Assembly (NCBI GenBank): GCA_035601235.1
Contig: DATNOR010000186.1
Location: 279 to 64,278 of the forward strand
Source: Gemmatimonadales bacterium
GTDB lineage: Bacteria; Gemmatimonadota; Gemmatimonadetes; Gemmatimonadales; GWC2-71-9
DNA length: 64,000 bases
Reading direction: 5' to 3'
Part shown: positions 45,757 through 55,339 of the stretch, in pieces
Position numbering within the stretch: position 1 is the stretch's first letter
Layout of the letters: each line of letters starts with the position of its first letter
The notes under the pieces: generated by a model
What the model was told of the DNA's origin: nothing
Seen by the model: only the letters and a program-made list of their open reading frames with translations
Databases searched by the model: none
Made by a program: the position numbers and the translations under genes

Positions 45757-47292
45757 TCACGCGCTCCGTCTCCAGTGCAGCACCGCCAGCGCCCCGGCGA
45801 ACCCCAAGGTCGCGAGCACACAGAGCGTTCCCACCCAATCTCCCAGCCGCACGTACGGCGGGATCACGTCGCTCGAGCGCAGCCGGCCGGAGACCGCCGC
45901 TTCGACCTCGAGACCGGTGGCCGCGTAGGTCTGGCCCAGCGGATCAACGAACTCGGAGATGCCGTCGTTCGCGGCGCGGGCGATCCCCGTCCGCGTCTCG
46001 ATCGCCCGCATCACGAGGTGCGTGGCGTGTTGATAGGGACCGGCGGTGCGGCCGTACCAGGCGTCGTTAGTGATGTTCACGAGAAAGTCGGCGCCCGCCG
46101 CGCGATAGCGGCGCGCCAGATCTTCGAACGCCGACTCGTAGCAGATGACCACCCCGAAGCGTCCCAAGGGACTGGGGTAGAGCGGCAAGGTGGACCCCGG
46201 CGAGAACCCGCCGGACCAGTTTCCCAGACCGGGGACGCTGCGAAACAGGCGCACCGGGACGAATGGGACCCGCTCGACCACGGGCACGAGATAGTGCTTG
46301 CCGTACACGGGATACGCCCGCCACTGGCCGGTCGAATCGTAGAAAAAGGCGGCGTTGTAGTAGGCGTCCCGCGTCACCGCATGCAGACCTCCCGTGAGGA
46401 TCGGCGTGTGCCGCTCGCGCGCCAGTGCGGCGATCTGTGCGTCCCACGTCGGCGTCTCCGCCAGCCAGCCGGGCACGGCGGCCTCGGGCCACACGAGGAG
46501 GTCGAGCCGGCCGCCGGACTCGAGCTGGCGCGACAGGCTGAGCAGCTTCGCCACGACGCTGTCGGCGTGCGCAGGATCCCATTTTTCGTGGAAGCCCTCG
46601 TTCGGCTGCACCAGGCCGACCGTGCCCAGCTCGCGCAGCGGCAGTGTGCGCGTGCGCCAGGCACCGTAGGCCCAGGCCGCGACGACCGTCGCGAGCACGG
46701 CAATCACCGGTCGCCACCGAATCGAGCCTCTTCCCACCGCGTCCACGATCATCACGTTGCACCAGGCGAGCCACAACGTCACTCCACGCGCGCCGGCGAG
46801 GTCGGCCCATTGCACGAGCACGGGCGCGTCGCCGAGCGACGTGCCCAGCCCGAGCCAGGGAAACCGGATATCTCCCTGATGTCCCACCGCCCATTCGACG
46901 GCGGTCCAGGCGAGCGGAAACACGAGGGCGAGCGGCACCGCCGGGAGGCGGCGGCGCACGCGCAGCACGAACCAGAAGAGCAGGCCGTGCCACAGTCCGA
47001 AGATGGCGATCGTGGCGAGGTAGCCGAGGGCCGACAACGGCGTAAAATGCCACAGCGCGACGACCAGCCAATACAGGACGGCTCCCTGCGTCACGAAGCC
47101 GTACGCGAATCCCCAGCGCAACGCGTCGCGCGGGTGGCACTCCTGCTCCAGCCGGCGCAGCAGCACGACCGCCGGGGCGACCGCGACGAAGCTCAGCAGG
47201 GGAAGGCGAAAGGGAGGGTAGCTGGCGACGAGGAGGGCGGCGCCGATCGCGATCAGCGCCGCGGACCGCCGGCTCGCCGGGGGGAGGGTCAC
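45757..47292 (-). CDS. lnt: apolipoprotein N-acyltransferase
   Basis: Multi-TM N-terminus plus a CN-hydrolase domain (LVWPE, ICYESAF, NDAWYG). Confidence 0.9.
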   Translation of the reverse strand: MTLPPASRRSAALIAIGAALLVASYPPFRLPLLSFVAVAPAVVLLRRLEQECHPRDALRWGFAYGFVTQGAVLYWLVVALWHFTPLSALGYLATIAIFGLWHGLLFWFVLRVRRRLPAVPLALVFPLAWTAVEWAVGHQGDIRFPWLGLGTSLGDAPVLVQWADLAGARGVTLWLAWCNVMIVDAVGRGSIRWRPVIAVLATVVAAWAYGAWRTRTLPLRELGTVGLVQPNEGFHEKWDPAHADSVVAKLLSLSRQLESGGRLDLLVWPEAAVPGWLAETPTWDAQIAALARERHTPILTGGLHAVTRDAYYNAAFFYDSTGQWRAYPVYGKHYLVPVVERVPFVPVRLFRSVPGLGNWSGGFSPGSTLPLYPSPLGRFGVVICYESAFEDLARRYRAAGADFLVNITNDAWYGRTAGPYQHATHLVMRAIETRTGIARAANDGISEFVDPLGQTYAATGLEVEAAVSGRLRSSDVIPPYVRLGDWVGTLCVLATLGFAGALAVLHWRRSA

Positions 47293-48296
47293 AGCAGCAC
47301 GTCACGTCCTTCGTCGGCAGACCGATAGACGGCCTCGAGCACGCGGTGCAGGGCCAGCTGGTCGCGCGGCGGGGGCGCGTTCACGTCACCCTTGATGACC
47401 GCCAGGAAATACGTCCATTCGGCGCGGTAGGATTGCGCGAACGCAGTCTCCCGCCCGCTCGCGCCGGTCGGCGTCACGTCGCTTACGTTACCGTGGATCT
47501 CCTTGAAGATGCGCAGCGGCTGCACGCTGGCCGACCCTTTCGTCCCCACCAGGTCGAACCAGAAGCGCTCGGCCTCCCCCATGTGGCGCCAGCTCACGTC
47601 GATCGACAGCGACACCCCGTTCTCGCACACCACGAGCGCCGTCGCCATGTCCTCCACGCCGTCCTTCGATGGTCGGATGGCATGCGCGGCGACGCGCTTG
47701 GCGGCGGGCCAGCCCGCGAGCCACAGGCCGAGGTCGAGCAGCTGGAGCCCGAGGTCGAGAAACGCGCCGCCCCCCGCCTCCTGGCGCCGCAGCCGCCAGC
47801 CGATGACCTGGCGGCTCGGTTGGAACGTGTACCAGCCGCCCCGGATCGCCTGCAGCACGCCGATGTCGCCGCCCGCCAGGAACCCCCGTACCGCCTGCAC
47901 GTCCGAGCGGAACCGGTGGTTCATGCCCACCATGACGCGCTTGCCGTATTTCTCGCTCGCCTGCAGCACCCGCTCGACGCCCGCCAGGGTGAGCGCGAGC
48001 GGGCGCTCGCACAGCACATGCACCCCCGCCGCGAGCGCCGAGACGACATGGATCTCGTGCAGGTGGTTGGGCGTGCAGATCGCCACCGCGTCCGCGCGGG
48101 CGTACTTGAGTACCTCTTCGATGTCGTCGAACGTCTCCTTGACTTCGAACCGGGCCGCCAGGGCCTGCGCCTTGCTGAGATCGTTGTCGCAGATCGCCGC
48201 CACCTCGACGCCGGGGAGCCGCCGCAACGACGGCAAATGGGCGACCTGCGCGATCGCTCCTGCGCCAACGACGGCGATGCGGATCGGGTCGCTCAC
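47289..48296 (-). CDS. Gfo/Idh/MocA-family oxidoreductase
   Basis: IRIAVVGAGAIAQVAHLPSL Rossmann N-terminus and EKPLA-like CERPLAL motif. Confidence 0.88.
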   Translation of the reverse strand: MSDPIRIAVVGAGAIAQVAHLPSLRRLPGVEVAAICDNDLSKAQALAARFEVKETFDDIEEVLKYARADAVAICTPNHLHEIHVVSALAAGVHVLCERPLALTLAGVERVLQASEKYGKRVMVGMNHRFRSDVQAVRGFLAGGDIGVLQAIRGGWYTFQPSRQVIGWRLRRQEAGGGAFLDLGLQLLDLGLWLAGWPAAKRVAAHAIRPSKDGVEDMATALVVCENGVSLSIDVSWRHMGEAERFWFDLVGTKGSASVQPLRIFKEIHGNVSDVTPTGASGRETAFAQSYRAEWTYFLAVIKGDVNAPPPRDQLALHRVLEAVYRSADEGRDVLL

Positions 48297-48970
48297 TTCC
48301 CGGCCCAGCGATACATGACGCCCGAGCGGAGCGACGCGGTCGAGAGCCCGCTCGAGAGCACGCCGCGCGCCTCGAGCGTGAAGCGCCAGCGTTTGGCGCC
48401 GAATTCAGCGCCGACCGTGCCGTTCAACCCGGCCGTGATCTCGTTCAGGGCGTCCTGCACGAAGGTGCCGTTGATGGCAGCGCCGCTGCCGTGACGGAAG
48501 TGGGCGCCGAGCCCGATCCCCATGTAGGCCGTGACCGCGTGCCCCTGCGGGAGCACGTACTGCAAGTCCACATCGCCGGTCACGTCGCTCCAGGTAATGC
48601 CGCCCAGCTTGATGGTATCGTCGCCCGAGGGATCGACCACGACGCTCTTGAGGCGCTGCTCGAAGCGCGCGCGGGCGGCCGACCCGAAGTCGGCCTTGAA
48701 GTAGGACACGCCGAGCAGCACGCGCACGTGCGGCGCGATGAACCCGTAGTCGAGCCGCACGCCGCCGGTGAACGCACCCCGGATGTTGTTGCCGCCGAGC
48801 GGCCCGACGTCGAGCTGGAGCGCACTGGGCTTCAGGTTGTCGTAGGAGAACTGGGAGAGCAGACCTTGGGCGGACAGGCGGACAGGCGGACTGACGGACA
48901 GCAGCAGCGCGAGCAGACCGACCGCCCGTCCGCCCCTCCGCGCGACCGCCTTAATAGAGGCGCTCGACAT
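48293..48970 (-). CDS. putative outer-membrane beta-barrel protein
   Basis: ATG 48970 gives the signal peptide ...GLLALLLSVSPPVRLSAQ. Alternating beta-strand pattern. Aromatic-rich C-terminal stretch ...GVMYRWAGK. Confidence 0.5.
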   Translation of the reverse strand: MSSASIKAVARRGGRAVGLLALLLSVSPPVRLSAQGLLSQFSYDNLKPSALQLDVGPLGGNNIRGAFTGGVRLDYGFIAPHVRVLLGVSYFKADFGSAARARFEQRLKSVVVDPSGDDTIKLGGITWSDVTGDVDLQYVLPQGHAVTAYMGIGLGAHFRHGSGAAINGTFVQDALNEITAGLNGTVGAEFGAKRWRFTLEARGVLSSGLSTASLRSGVMYRWAGK

Positions 48971-50225
48971 GGGTCCCCGGGAAGTAAGTGGTGAGAATCG
49001 TACGGTAGTCCTGGCCCGCCCGGGCGCGGCCCACCGCGCCCCACTGACACAAGCCCACGCCATGGCCCCACCCCGCGCCGGCCGCGATCACGCGCGTGAC
49101 CTGACCACCGTCCTTCGTCACGGAAAGTTGAAACGCCGCGCTCCCCAGCAGCTGATCGGGCCGGGGCCGCAGCACGGCCCGCACATCGGACCCCGGCACC
49201 CGCACGTCGCCGTGCTCGAATGCGATCCGCAGCTCGCTCACGCGTCCCGAGGGCGTCGTCCCCGTCACGGCGACGTCGGTGATGCGCTGCAGACCGCCGC
49301 CGCCCACGTTCATCACCGCCGGCAGCGTCCGCGACAATATAGCGCGCAGGGTGGCGCCATCCCATTCCTCGCGCCAGCGAAACCGGGGCGAGATGTCGCA
49401 GTAGGCGTGGCCGCCGCCGGACTCGTCCGAGACCGACCGCAGGTAGGGTCGGCCGCGCGCGGTCCGGAACGCTTCGTCGACGCCCGCGGTACGGGATCCG
49501 CACGTGGAATGGAAGTAGGCCTCGATCAACGCGTCCCCGTACCACACGACCTCCCCGCGCGTGGCGCGCAGGGCGTCCCACACCTCTCCGGTTTCTCCCG
49601 CCACGCCCGTGTACACCTGATCGCGCACGTCGGCCCAGGCGTCGAACCCCTGTCCCTCCCAGCGGCCCCGGCTCTTGAGGGCGAAGGTGCGCGACACGAC
49701 GGCCTGGGCGAGCAAGGCCTGGCGCTCGTCGCGCCGGCGCGGGCCCATCTCGCCGCCGATCACGCCCGCGAGGTAGCTCTCGACCGGCACCCGGTTCATC
49801 AGGGTGAGCCCGGCCGGGTCGCGGATCACGTTCACACGGCCGCGGTAGCGGCGCCCATTCGCCATGGCGAACCGCCCCTCGGTGACGCTCACCGCGGAGA
49901 TGCCGAGCCGCCGCTCGCCCCTCGATCCGTCGGGCTTGACGAGCCGCAACCCAGGGGTGTCGACCACCACCGTCCACGTCAGGCCCACCGGGATCGAGCC
50001 CAGCGGCTCGCCGTTCGCGTCGTCGCTCACGAACAGCTCGCCGTCGCCGCCCAGGGTGACGCCGGGCGCGCCGGCCGCAAGACCGATGCGTAACTCCGGC
50101 TCGGTGCCGGGAGTGACCGGTTGCGGCCGGGCACAGGCGCTCCCCGCCGCGGCGAGCAGGCTAACGAGCCCGCGCCTCGCCCAGTGCCGCGTCCAGTTGT
50201 GCGATGGTGAAGTCGATATCGGCAT
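48951..50225 (-). CDS. SpoIID/LytB-domain protein
   Basis: [26 protein letters not shown] and [12 protein letters not shown] follow the SpoIID pattern. The start is uncertain: ATG 50225 overlaps the hemL 3' end. Confidence 0.75.
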   Translation of the reverse strand: MPISTSPSHNWTRHWARRGLVSLLAAAGSACARPQPVTPGTEPELRIGLAAGAPGVTLGGDGELFVSDDANGEPLGSIPVGLTWTVVVDTPGLRLVKPDGSRGERRLGISAVSVTEGRFAMANGRRYRGRVNVIRDPAGLTLMNRVPVESYLAGVIGGEMGPRRRDERQALLAQAVVSRTFALKSRGRWEGQGFDAWADVRDQVYTGVAGETGEVWDALRATRGEVVWYGDALIEAYFHSTCGSRTAGVDEAFRTARGRPYLRSVSDESGGGHAYCDISPRFRWREEWDGATLRAILSRTLPAVMNVGGGGLQRITDVAVTGTTPSGRVSELRIAFEHGDVRVPGSDVRAVLRPRPDQLLGSAAFQLSVTKDGGQVTRVIAAGAGWGHGVGLCQWGAVGRARAGQDYRTILTTYFPGTHVERLY

Positions 50226-51447
50226 CGGTGTGTGCGCTGGAGACGAAGCCGGCCTCGAACGCCGAGGGGGCGAGGAACACGCCGCGCGCGAGCGCGGCCC
50301 GGTGCCAGCGCGCGAACACCGCCGTATCCGCGGCCTTCGCCTGCGCGAAGTTGCGCACGGGGCCGGGGGTGACATACAGCCCCCACATCGAGCCCGCGTG
50401 GCCGCTCGTGAGGGGGACCCCGCGCCGGCGCGCGGCGTCCCCTATACCCGCGACCAGTCGCGCGGTTCGCCGCTCGAGCGTCTCATAGAAACCCGGCCGC
50501 TCGGTCTCGCGCAGCGTGACGAGTCCCGCCGCCATCGCCACCGGGTTTCCCGACAGGGTCCCGGCCTGGTACACCGGGCCGTCCGGCGCGATCAGCCGCA
50601 TCAGGTCGGCACGCCCGCCGTACGCGCCCACGGGCATCCCGCCGCCGATGATCTTTCCCAGCGTGGTCAAGTCGGGGCGGATGTGCAGCCGCTGCTGCGC
50701 GCCCCCCGCCGCCACCCGGAATCCGGTCATCACTTCGTCGAAGATCAGCAGCGCACCGTGGCGGTCGCACAGCCGGCGCAGCGTCGCGTGGAAATCGGGC
50801 TCCGGCGCGATGAAGCCCGCGTTGCCCATGTAGGGCTCGACGATGACGGCCGCGAGATCCGACCCGCGCTGCCGGAACACGTCCTCCACCGCGGCGCCGT
50901 CGTTGAACGGCAGGGTCGCCGTCAACTCGGCCAGAGCGGGCGGGACGCCCGGACTATCGGGAAGCCCGAGCGTGGCCACGCCGCTCCCCGCCTTCACGAG
51001 GAAGCCGTCGGCGTGCCCGTGGTAGCAGCCCTCGAACTTGAGGATGAGGTCACGCCGGGTCGCGGCGCGCGCGAGCCGCACCGCCGCCATGGTCGCTTCC
51101 GTCCCGGAATTGACGAACCGCACCAGCTCGACCGACGGCATGCGCCGGCGCACCAGCTCCGCGAGCTCGACCTCCGCCTCGCACGGCGCCCCGTAGGTCC
51201 AGCCCTGCGCCGCCGCCGCCTGGATCGCTGCGAGCACCGCGGGGTGCCGGTGGCCGAGAATGAGCGGGCCCCAGGAGCAGACGTAGTCGACATAGGTCTT
51301 GCCGTCCACGTCGGTGAGGCGCGCGCCCTCAGCCCGCGCCACGAAAAAGGGCGTCCCGCCGACCGCCCGGAACGCCCGCACCGGTGAATTCACTCCCCCG
51401 GGAAGCACCGCTTGCGCCCGGGCGAAGAGCTCCTCCGAGCGGCTCAC
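50161..51447 (-). CDS. hemL: glutamate-1-semialdehyde 2,1-aminomutase
   Basis: [10 protein letters not shown], full-length HemL pattern, FDEVMTGFR. Confidence 0.96.
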   Translation of the reverse strand: MSRSEELFARAQAVLPGGVNSPVRAFRAVGGTPFFVARAEGARLTDVDGKTYVDYVCSWGPLILGHRHPAVLAAIQAAAAQGWTYGAPCEAEVELAELVRRRMPSVELVRFVNSGTEATMAAVRLARAATRRDLILKFEGCYHGHADGFLVKAGSGVATLGLPDSPGVPPALAELTATLPFNDGAAVEDVFRQRGSDLAAVIVEPYMGNAGFIAPEPDFHATLRRLCDRHGALLIFDEVMTGFRVAAGGAQQRLHIRPDLTTLGKIIGGGMPVGAYGGRADLMRLIAPDGPVYQAGTLSGNPVAMAAGLVTLRETERPGFYETLERRTARLVAGIGDAARRRGVPLTSGHAGSMWGLYVTPGPVRNFAQAKAADTAVFARWHRAALARGVFLAPSAFEAGFVSSAHTDADIDFTIAQLDAALGEARAR

Positions 51448-52763
51448 GTCAGGGCGACGGCCTTGAAGTCGTAATCCTCGCTTGCGACCAATCGCGCCGA
51501 CAGGAAGCTCCCAGGGCGGGCCCAGCCACCCTGCGCCAGGTAGGTCACGCCGTCGACGTCATCCGCCTGCCAGGGAACGCGTCCGACGTGGGTCGACCCC
51601 GCCTCGTCGTCGGGATCCGCCAACCGGTCCACCAGCACCGCTACGTCGCGCCCGACGAACCGGCCGAGCCGCTCGCCCGAGATGGCGCGCTGCACTTCGA
51701 GCAGCTCCTCCAGCCGGTCGCGCTTCACTCCCTCGGGGACGTCGTCCGGGTACGCGGCGGCGCGGGTCCCCTCCTGCGGCGAGTAGGCGAAGGCGCCCAG
51801 TCGGTCGAACTGCGCCTCCTCGAGGAACTCGAGCAGCTGCCGGAAGTCCTCCTCGGTCTCGCCCGGGAATCCCACGAGGCAGGTGGTCCGGACCGCGAGA
51901 TCGGGGATGGTCCCGCGCAGCCAGCCGAGCTTTTCGCGCAGCGTGTGCCGGCGCTCGGGACGGCGCATCCGCTCGAGCATCCGGTCGGAGGCGTGCTGGA
52001 TTGGGATGTCCAAGTAAGGAACGATCCGGGACTCCCGCGCGATCAGCTCGACCAGGCGATCAGTCAGACCCGCGGAGTAGACATACAGCAGGCGGTACCA
52101 GGGGACGGCGGTTCCGGCGAGCAGCGCCTCGAGCAGATCGGGCAGCGTGGGCGCGCCCCGCCCCGCATCCCGGCCGTAGTGCCCCAGATCCTGCGCCACC
52201 AGGTTGATCTCCTTCGCCCCCTGCGCCTCGAGCAGTTGGGCCTCGCGCACCAGGCGCTCCAACGGCTCGGAGCGGTGTTTCCCGCGCATCAGCGGGATGG
52301 CGCAGAACGCGCACGTGTGGTCGCAGCCTTCGGAGATCTTGAGGTAGCGCACATGCGGCTGCTCGCCGAGGAACTGACGCACGCCGGGGTGAGTCGCAAC
52401 GGGGTCGTCGATCAAGCCGCGTTCGGCCAGGGCGGGTACGAGGTGGTGGAGGTCCGAGAATCCGAGAAACAGGTCGACCTCGGGGATCTCCTGCGCCAGC
52501 TCCCGCTTGTAGCGCTCGACCAAGCAGCCGACCGCCACCACCGCTTTCACGTCACCTTGCGCCTTGAGGCTGGCGGCTGAAAGGAGTGCATCGATCGATT
52601 CCTGCTTGGCGGCGTCGATGAACCCGCAGGTGTTGACGAGAATCACGTCGGCGTGTTGGAGGTCCGCGGTCACGACCGCGCCGTGACCCACCAGGTCGCC
52701 GACCAGGCGCTCGGAGTCGACGGTCGCTTTGTCGCAGCCGAGCGAGACCACGCCGAGCTTCAT
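51444..52763 (-). CDS. rimO: ribosomal protein S12 methylthiotransferase
   Basis: [12 protein letters not shown], radical-SAM [12 protein letters not shown]-terminal TRAM-like part. Confidence 0.9.
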   Translation of the reverse strand: MKLGVVSLGCDKATVDSERLVGDLVGHGAVVTADLQHADVILVNTCGFIDAAKQESIDALLSAASLKAQGDVKAVVAVGCLVERYKRELAQEIPEVDLFLGFSDLHHLVPALAERGLIDDPVATHPGVRQFLGEQPHVRYLKISEGCDHTCAFCAIPLMRGKHRSEPLERLVREAQLLEAQGAKEINLVAQDLGHYGRDAGRGAPTLPDLLEALLAGTAVPWYRLLYVYSAGLTDRLVELIARESRIVPYLDIPIQHASDRMLERMRRPERRHTLREKLGWLRGTIPDLAVRTTCLVGFPGETEEDFRQLLEFLEEAQFDRLGAFAYSPQEGTRAAAYPDDVPEGVKRDRLEELLEVQRAISGERLGRFVGRDVAVLVDRLADPDDEAGSTHVGRVPWQADDVDGVTYLAQGGWARPGSFLSARLVASEDYDFKAVALT

Positions 52764-53263
52764 CCGCGATAATTCCCGAACTTGAGCTCGATGCCCCAGT
52801 CCTGGGAGCGGAGAAACGCGATCACTTCCTGGAGCTCGTCCTTGGACGGCGCCTGCACGCGGATCTCCTCGCCTTGGATCGATGCCTGGGCTTTCTTGAA
52901 TTTCCTGTCTTTGATCGCCTTGACGATCGCTTTGGCTTTCTCCTGGGGGATGCCCTGGGTGAGCTTGATCTCGCGGCGCACGGTATCGTTGGCCGCCGGC
53001 GTGACGACTCCGAGCTCGAGGTTCTTCACCGGGACGCCGCGCTTGACGAGCTTCGTCTGCAGCACGTCGAGCAGCGCCTTCATTTTGAAGTCGTCGTCCG
53101 CCACGAGCGTGAGCGTCGCCTTGGGGCGATCGAACGCGATGGACGCCTTCGAGCCCTTGAAGTCGTAGCGCTGGGCGACCTCTTTGGTGGCTTGATTCAC
53201 CGCGTTGTCGACCTCTTGGAGGTCGGCGCCGGTGGAAATGTCGAACGAGGCTACGGCGGCCAT
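52760..53263 (-). CDS. yajQ: YajQ-family nucleotide (c-di-GMP)-binding protein
   Basis: SFDISTGADLQEVDNAVNQATKEVAQRYDFKGS and IKxxKxKKxQASIQGEEIRV, UPF0234 pattern. Confidence 0.9.
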   Translation of the reverse strand: MAAVASFDISTGADLQEVDNAVNQATKEVAQRYDFKGSKASIAFDRPKATLTLVADDDFKMKALLDVLQTKLVKRGVPVKNLELGVVTPAANDTVRREIKLTQGIPQEKAKAIVKAIKDRKFKKAQASIQGEEIRVQAPSKDELQEVIAFLRSQDWGIELKFGNYRG

Positions 53264-53289
53264 AGGGCGGTAATGTACCCGCCCCGGGG

Positions 53290-54147
53290 CTAGAACAGGA
53301 AGCTTTCCAGCGCCCTGGCTCTCGAGACGTGGCGGAGGCGCGCCAGCGCCTTCTCTTTGATCTGTCGCACCCGCTCGCGCGTGATGCCGAGCAGCGAGCC
53401 GATCTCCTCGAGCGTCATGGGCTCCTGCCCCTCGAGGCCGAAATACAGCCTGAGGATCTTGGCCTCGCGCTCCTTGAGCGTCGCCAGCACTTCTTCGATG
53501 GACTCGGTGAGGGCGTGCTCGAAGATCTGATCGTCGGGTCCGGGGTTCGTGGTGTCGGGGAGGTAGTCGAGCAGCTTGTTGTCCTCACCGGGGGTGAGGG
53601 GCGCGTCGAGGGAGAGATGTGCCTGCGAGATGGACAGCGTCTTGGCGACTTCTTCCTCGGAGATATCCATGCCTTCGGCGATCTCTTCCACGGTCGGCTC
53701 GCGGCCGAGCTCTTGTAGGAGCGAGGCCGAGCGCTTGCCGATGCGATGCAGCGTGCCCGCCCGGTTGAGCGGCACGCGCACGATGCGTGACTGCTCGGCG
53801 AGCGCCTGGAGGATCGCCTGGCGGATCCACCACACGGCGTAGGAGATGAATTTGATCCCCTTGGTCTCGTCGAACTTGTGGGCCGCCCGGATCAGCCCGA
53901 GGTTGCCCTCGTTGATCAGATCCGAGAGGGAGACGCCCTGGTTCTGGTATTTCTTGGCGACGGAGACGACGAACCGGAGGTTGGAGCGGACCAGCTTGTC
54001 CAACGCCTCCTCGTCGCCGCGTTTGATGCGCTGGGCCAGCGTGACCTCTTCCTCGCGCGTGATCAGGGGATACTGGCTGATCTCGCGCAAGTACTGATCG
54101 AGCGATCCCTCGTCGAACGAGGCGCGCTTCGCGGTGTTGAGTTGCAT
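53290..54147 (-). CDS. RNA polymerase sigma-70 family factor, short RpoD-like (285 aa, no region 1.1)
   Basis: NLRFVVSVAKKY, DLINEGNLGLIRAAHKFD, YAVWWIRQAI, TLEEIGSLLGITRERVRQIK. Confidence 0.9.
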   Translation of the reverse strand: MQLNTAKRASFDEGSLDQYLREISQYPLITREEEVTLAQRIKRGDEEALDKLVRSNLRFVVSVAKKYQNQGVSLSDLINEGNLGLIRAAHKFDETKGIKFISYAVWWIRQAILQALAEQSRIVRVPLNRAGTLHRIGKRSASLLQELGREPTVEEIAEGMDISEEEVAKTLSISQAHLSLDAPLTPGEDNKLLDYLPDTTNPGPDDQIFEHALTESIEEVLATLKEREAKILRLYFGLEGQEPMTLEEIGSLLGITRERVRQIKEKALARLRHVSRARALESFLF

Positions 54148-54237
54148 GGCCTAGTCCCTCCAGGCGCGAACAACGCCGCACGATGCCCGCCCCGGCCGAC
54201 GGCGCGGCCCCGGGGCCGGGACTCCCCGACGACGGCT

Positions 54238-55008
54238 CTAGCGGATGATCGAGCCGAGCCGGTGCCAGCGAATATCGGTCAACCAGGGCAGCGCATCATG
54301 CGCCTCCCGGTCGTAGCTGAAATACACGACGAGCGGTCGTCCCTTGATCGCCGCGGCGTCGACGAAGCCCCAGTAGCGGGAATCCGCCGAGTTGTCGCGG
54401 TTGTCCCCCAGCACGAAATACCTTCCGGCGGGGACGACCAGCGGACCCCACGTGTCGCGGGTCGGGTGATAATTGCGGGCCACGCTGCCACCACCGAGCA
54501 GATAGTCCCGCTGCCAGTTGAACTCCGGATCGTACACGTCGTGCCCCGGGTCCACCCGCTGCACGTAGCGCTCGGCGAGGGGGTCGCCGTTCACACGCAC
54601 TTCCCCGCCGCGCATCTCCACGGTGTCGCCCGGGAGGCCGATCACACGCTTGACGTAGTTCAGCTCGGGATTCTTGGGGTAGGCGAACACGACCACGTCG
54701 CCGCGCCGCGGGGACTCGAAGCCCGGCAGTCGTGCCTTGGTGCCGGGAATCTGCGCACCGTACACGGCTTTGTTCACGAACAGGAAGTCCCCCGCCAGCA
54801 GAGTTCGCTCCATACTGCCCGACGGGATCTGGAACGCTTCGACGAGGAAGGTCTTGATGATGACGAACAGGATGACGGCCATGCCGACCGAGCGCAGCCA
54901 GTTGTCGAACCAACGACCGAGGCGCGACTGGCGCTTCTCGACGGGGGCGACAGGGAGCGGCGCGGTGCGCGCGCCCGTACCTGCCCGCGATCCCCCCAAG
55001 TCAAGCAT
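54238..55008 (-). CDS. lepB: signal peptidase I
   Basis: IPSGSMERTL (catalytic Ser), GDVVVF, YVKRVIGLPGD, VLGDNRDNSADSRYWGFV. ATG 55008 is chosen so that it does not overlap the upstream small ORF. Confidence 0.88.
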   Translation of the reverse strand: MLDLGGSRAGTGARTAPLPVAPVEKRQSRLGRWFDNWLRSVGMAVILFVIIKTFLVEAFQIPSGSMERTLLAGDFLFVNKAVYGAQIPGTKARLPGFESPRRGDVVVFAYPKNPELNYVKRVIGLPGDTVEMRGGEVRVNGDPLAERYVQRVDPGHDVYDPEFNWQRDYLLGGGSVARNYHPTRDTWGPLVVPAGRYFVLGDNRDNSADSRYWGFVDAAAIKGRPLVVYFSYDREAHDALPWLTDIRWHRLGSIIR

Positions 55009-55018
55009 GCCATTTACT

Positions 55019-55273
55019 CTACCCACGCCGCCCGCTGGACGCAACCGTAATCGCCCATCCGCGGGCCGCTCCCCAGCGTCGCACGCGATCGCGGAACGCG
55101 TCCGGCGGCTCGCGATGCATTACCCGCGCCGCCAGGCAGGCCGTCTCGCCCTCGCGCTCGACGCGGACCCACGTCACCAACACGTCGGTCAGGGCGCCGA
55201 GCGCCGTCCGCTCGAGCGGCGAGCCGCCGAGCGACAGAATGATCAGCAGCGATTCGTGATCCACCGGACGCAC
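55019..55273 (-). CDS. hypothetical 84-aa protein
   Basis: G/C-rich third codon positions throughout. Stop is 10 nt before the lepB ATG. No family recognised. Confidence 0.4.
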   Translation of the reverse strand: MRPVDHESLLIILSLGGSPLERTALGALTDVLVTWVRVEREGETACLAARVMHREPPDAFRDRVRRWGAARGWAITVASSGRRG

Positions 55274-55287
55274 GGTAACGCGTCCGG

Positions 55288-55303
55288 CGTGAGGGGCGTC
55301 ACC
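55288..55303. promoter_or_regulatory. palindrome cGTGA-ggggcg-TCACc
   Basis: GTGA-N6-TCAC core read directly. It sits in the 66-nt gap between the aldehyde dehydrogenase stop and the small ORF / lepB unit (minus strand). Confidence 0.35.
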
Positions 55304-55339
55304 GTCTTCTTGCGGTGCGGATCAATCCTGCGCGCTACA

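Noticed and set aside
47135-47150. Other TGGCAC hexamers (for example 3153, 29134, 35322, 47135, 62766)
   Set aside because: All are inside coding regions and none has TTGC at the required 5-nt spacing. Only 17052..17036 satisfies the full -24/-12 pattern in an intergenic position.
55008-55044. Longer lepB start at 55044, overlapping the 84-aa ORF
   Set aside because: ATG 55008 gives a normal signal-peptidase N-terminus and removes the 26-nt overlap. The extra residues (MRPAGGVGRVNG) have no support. The choice is still uncertain.
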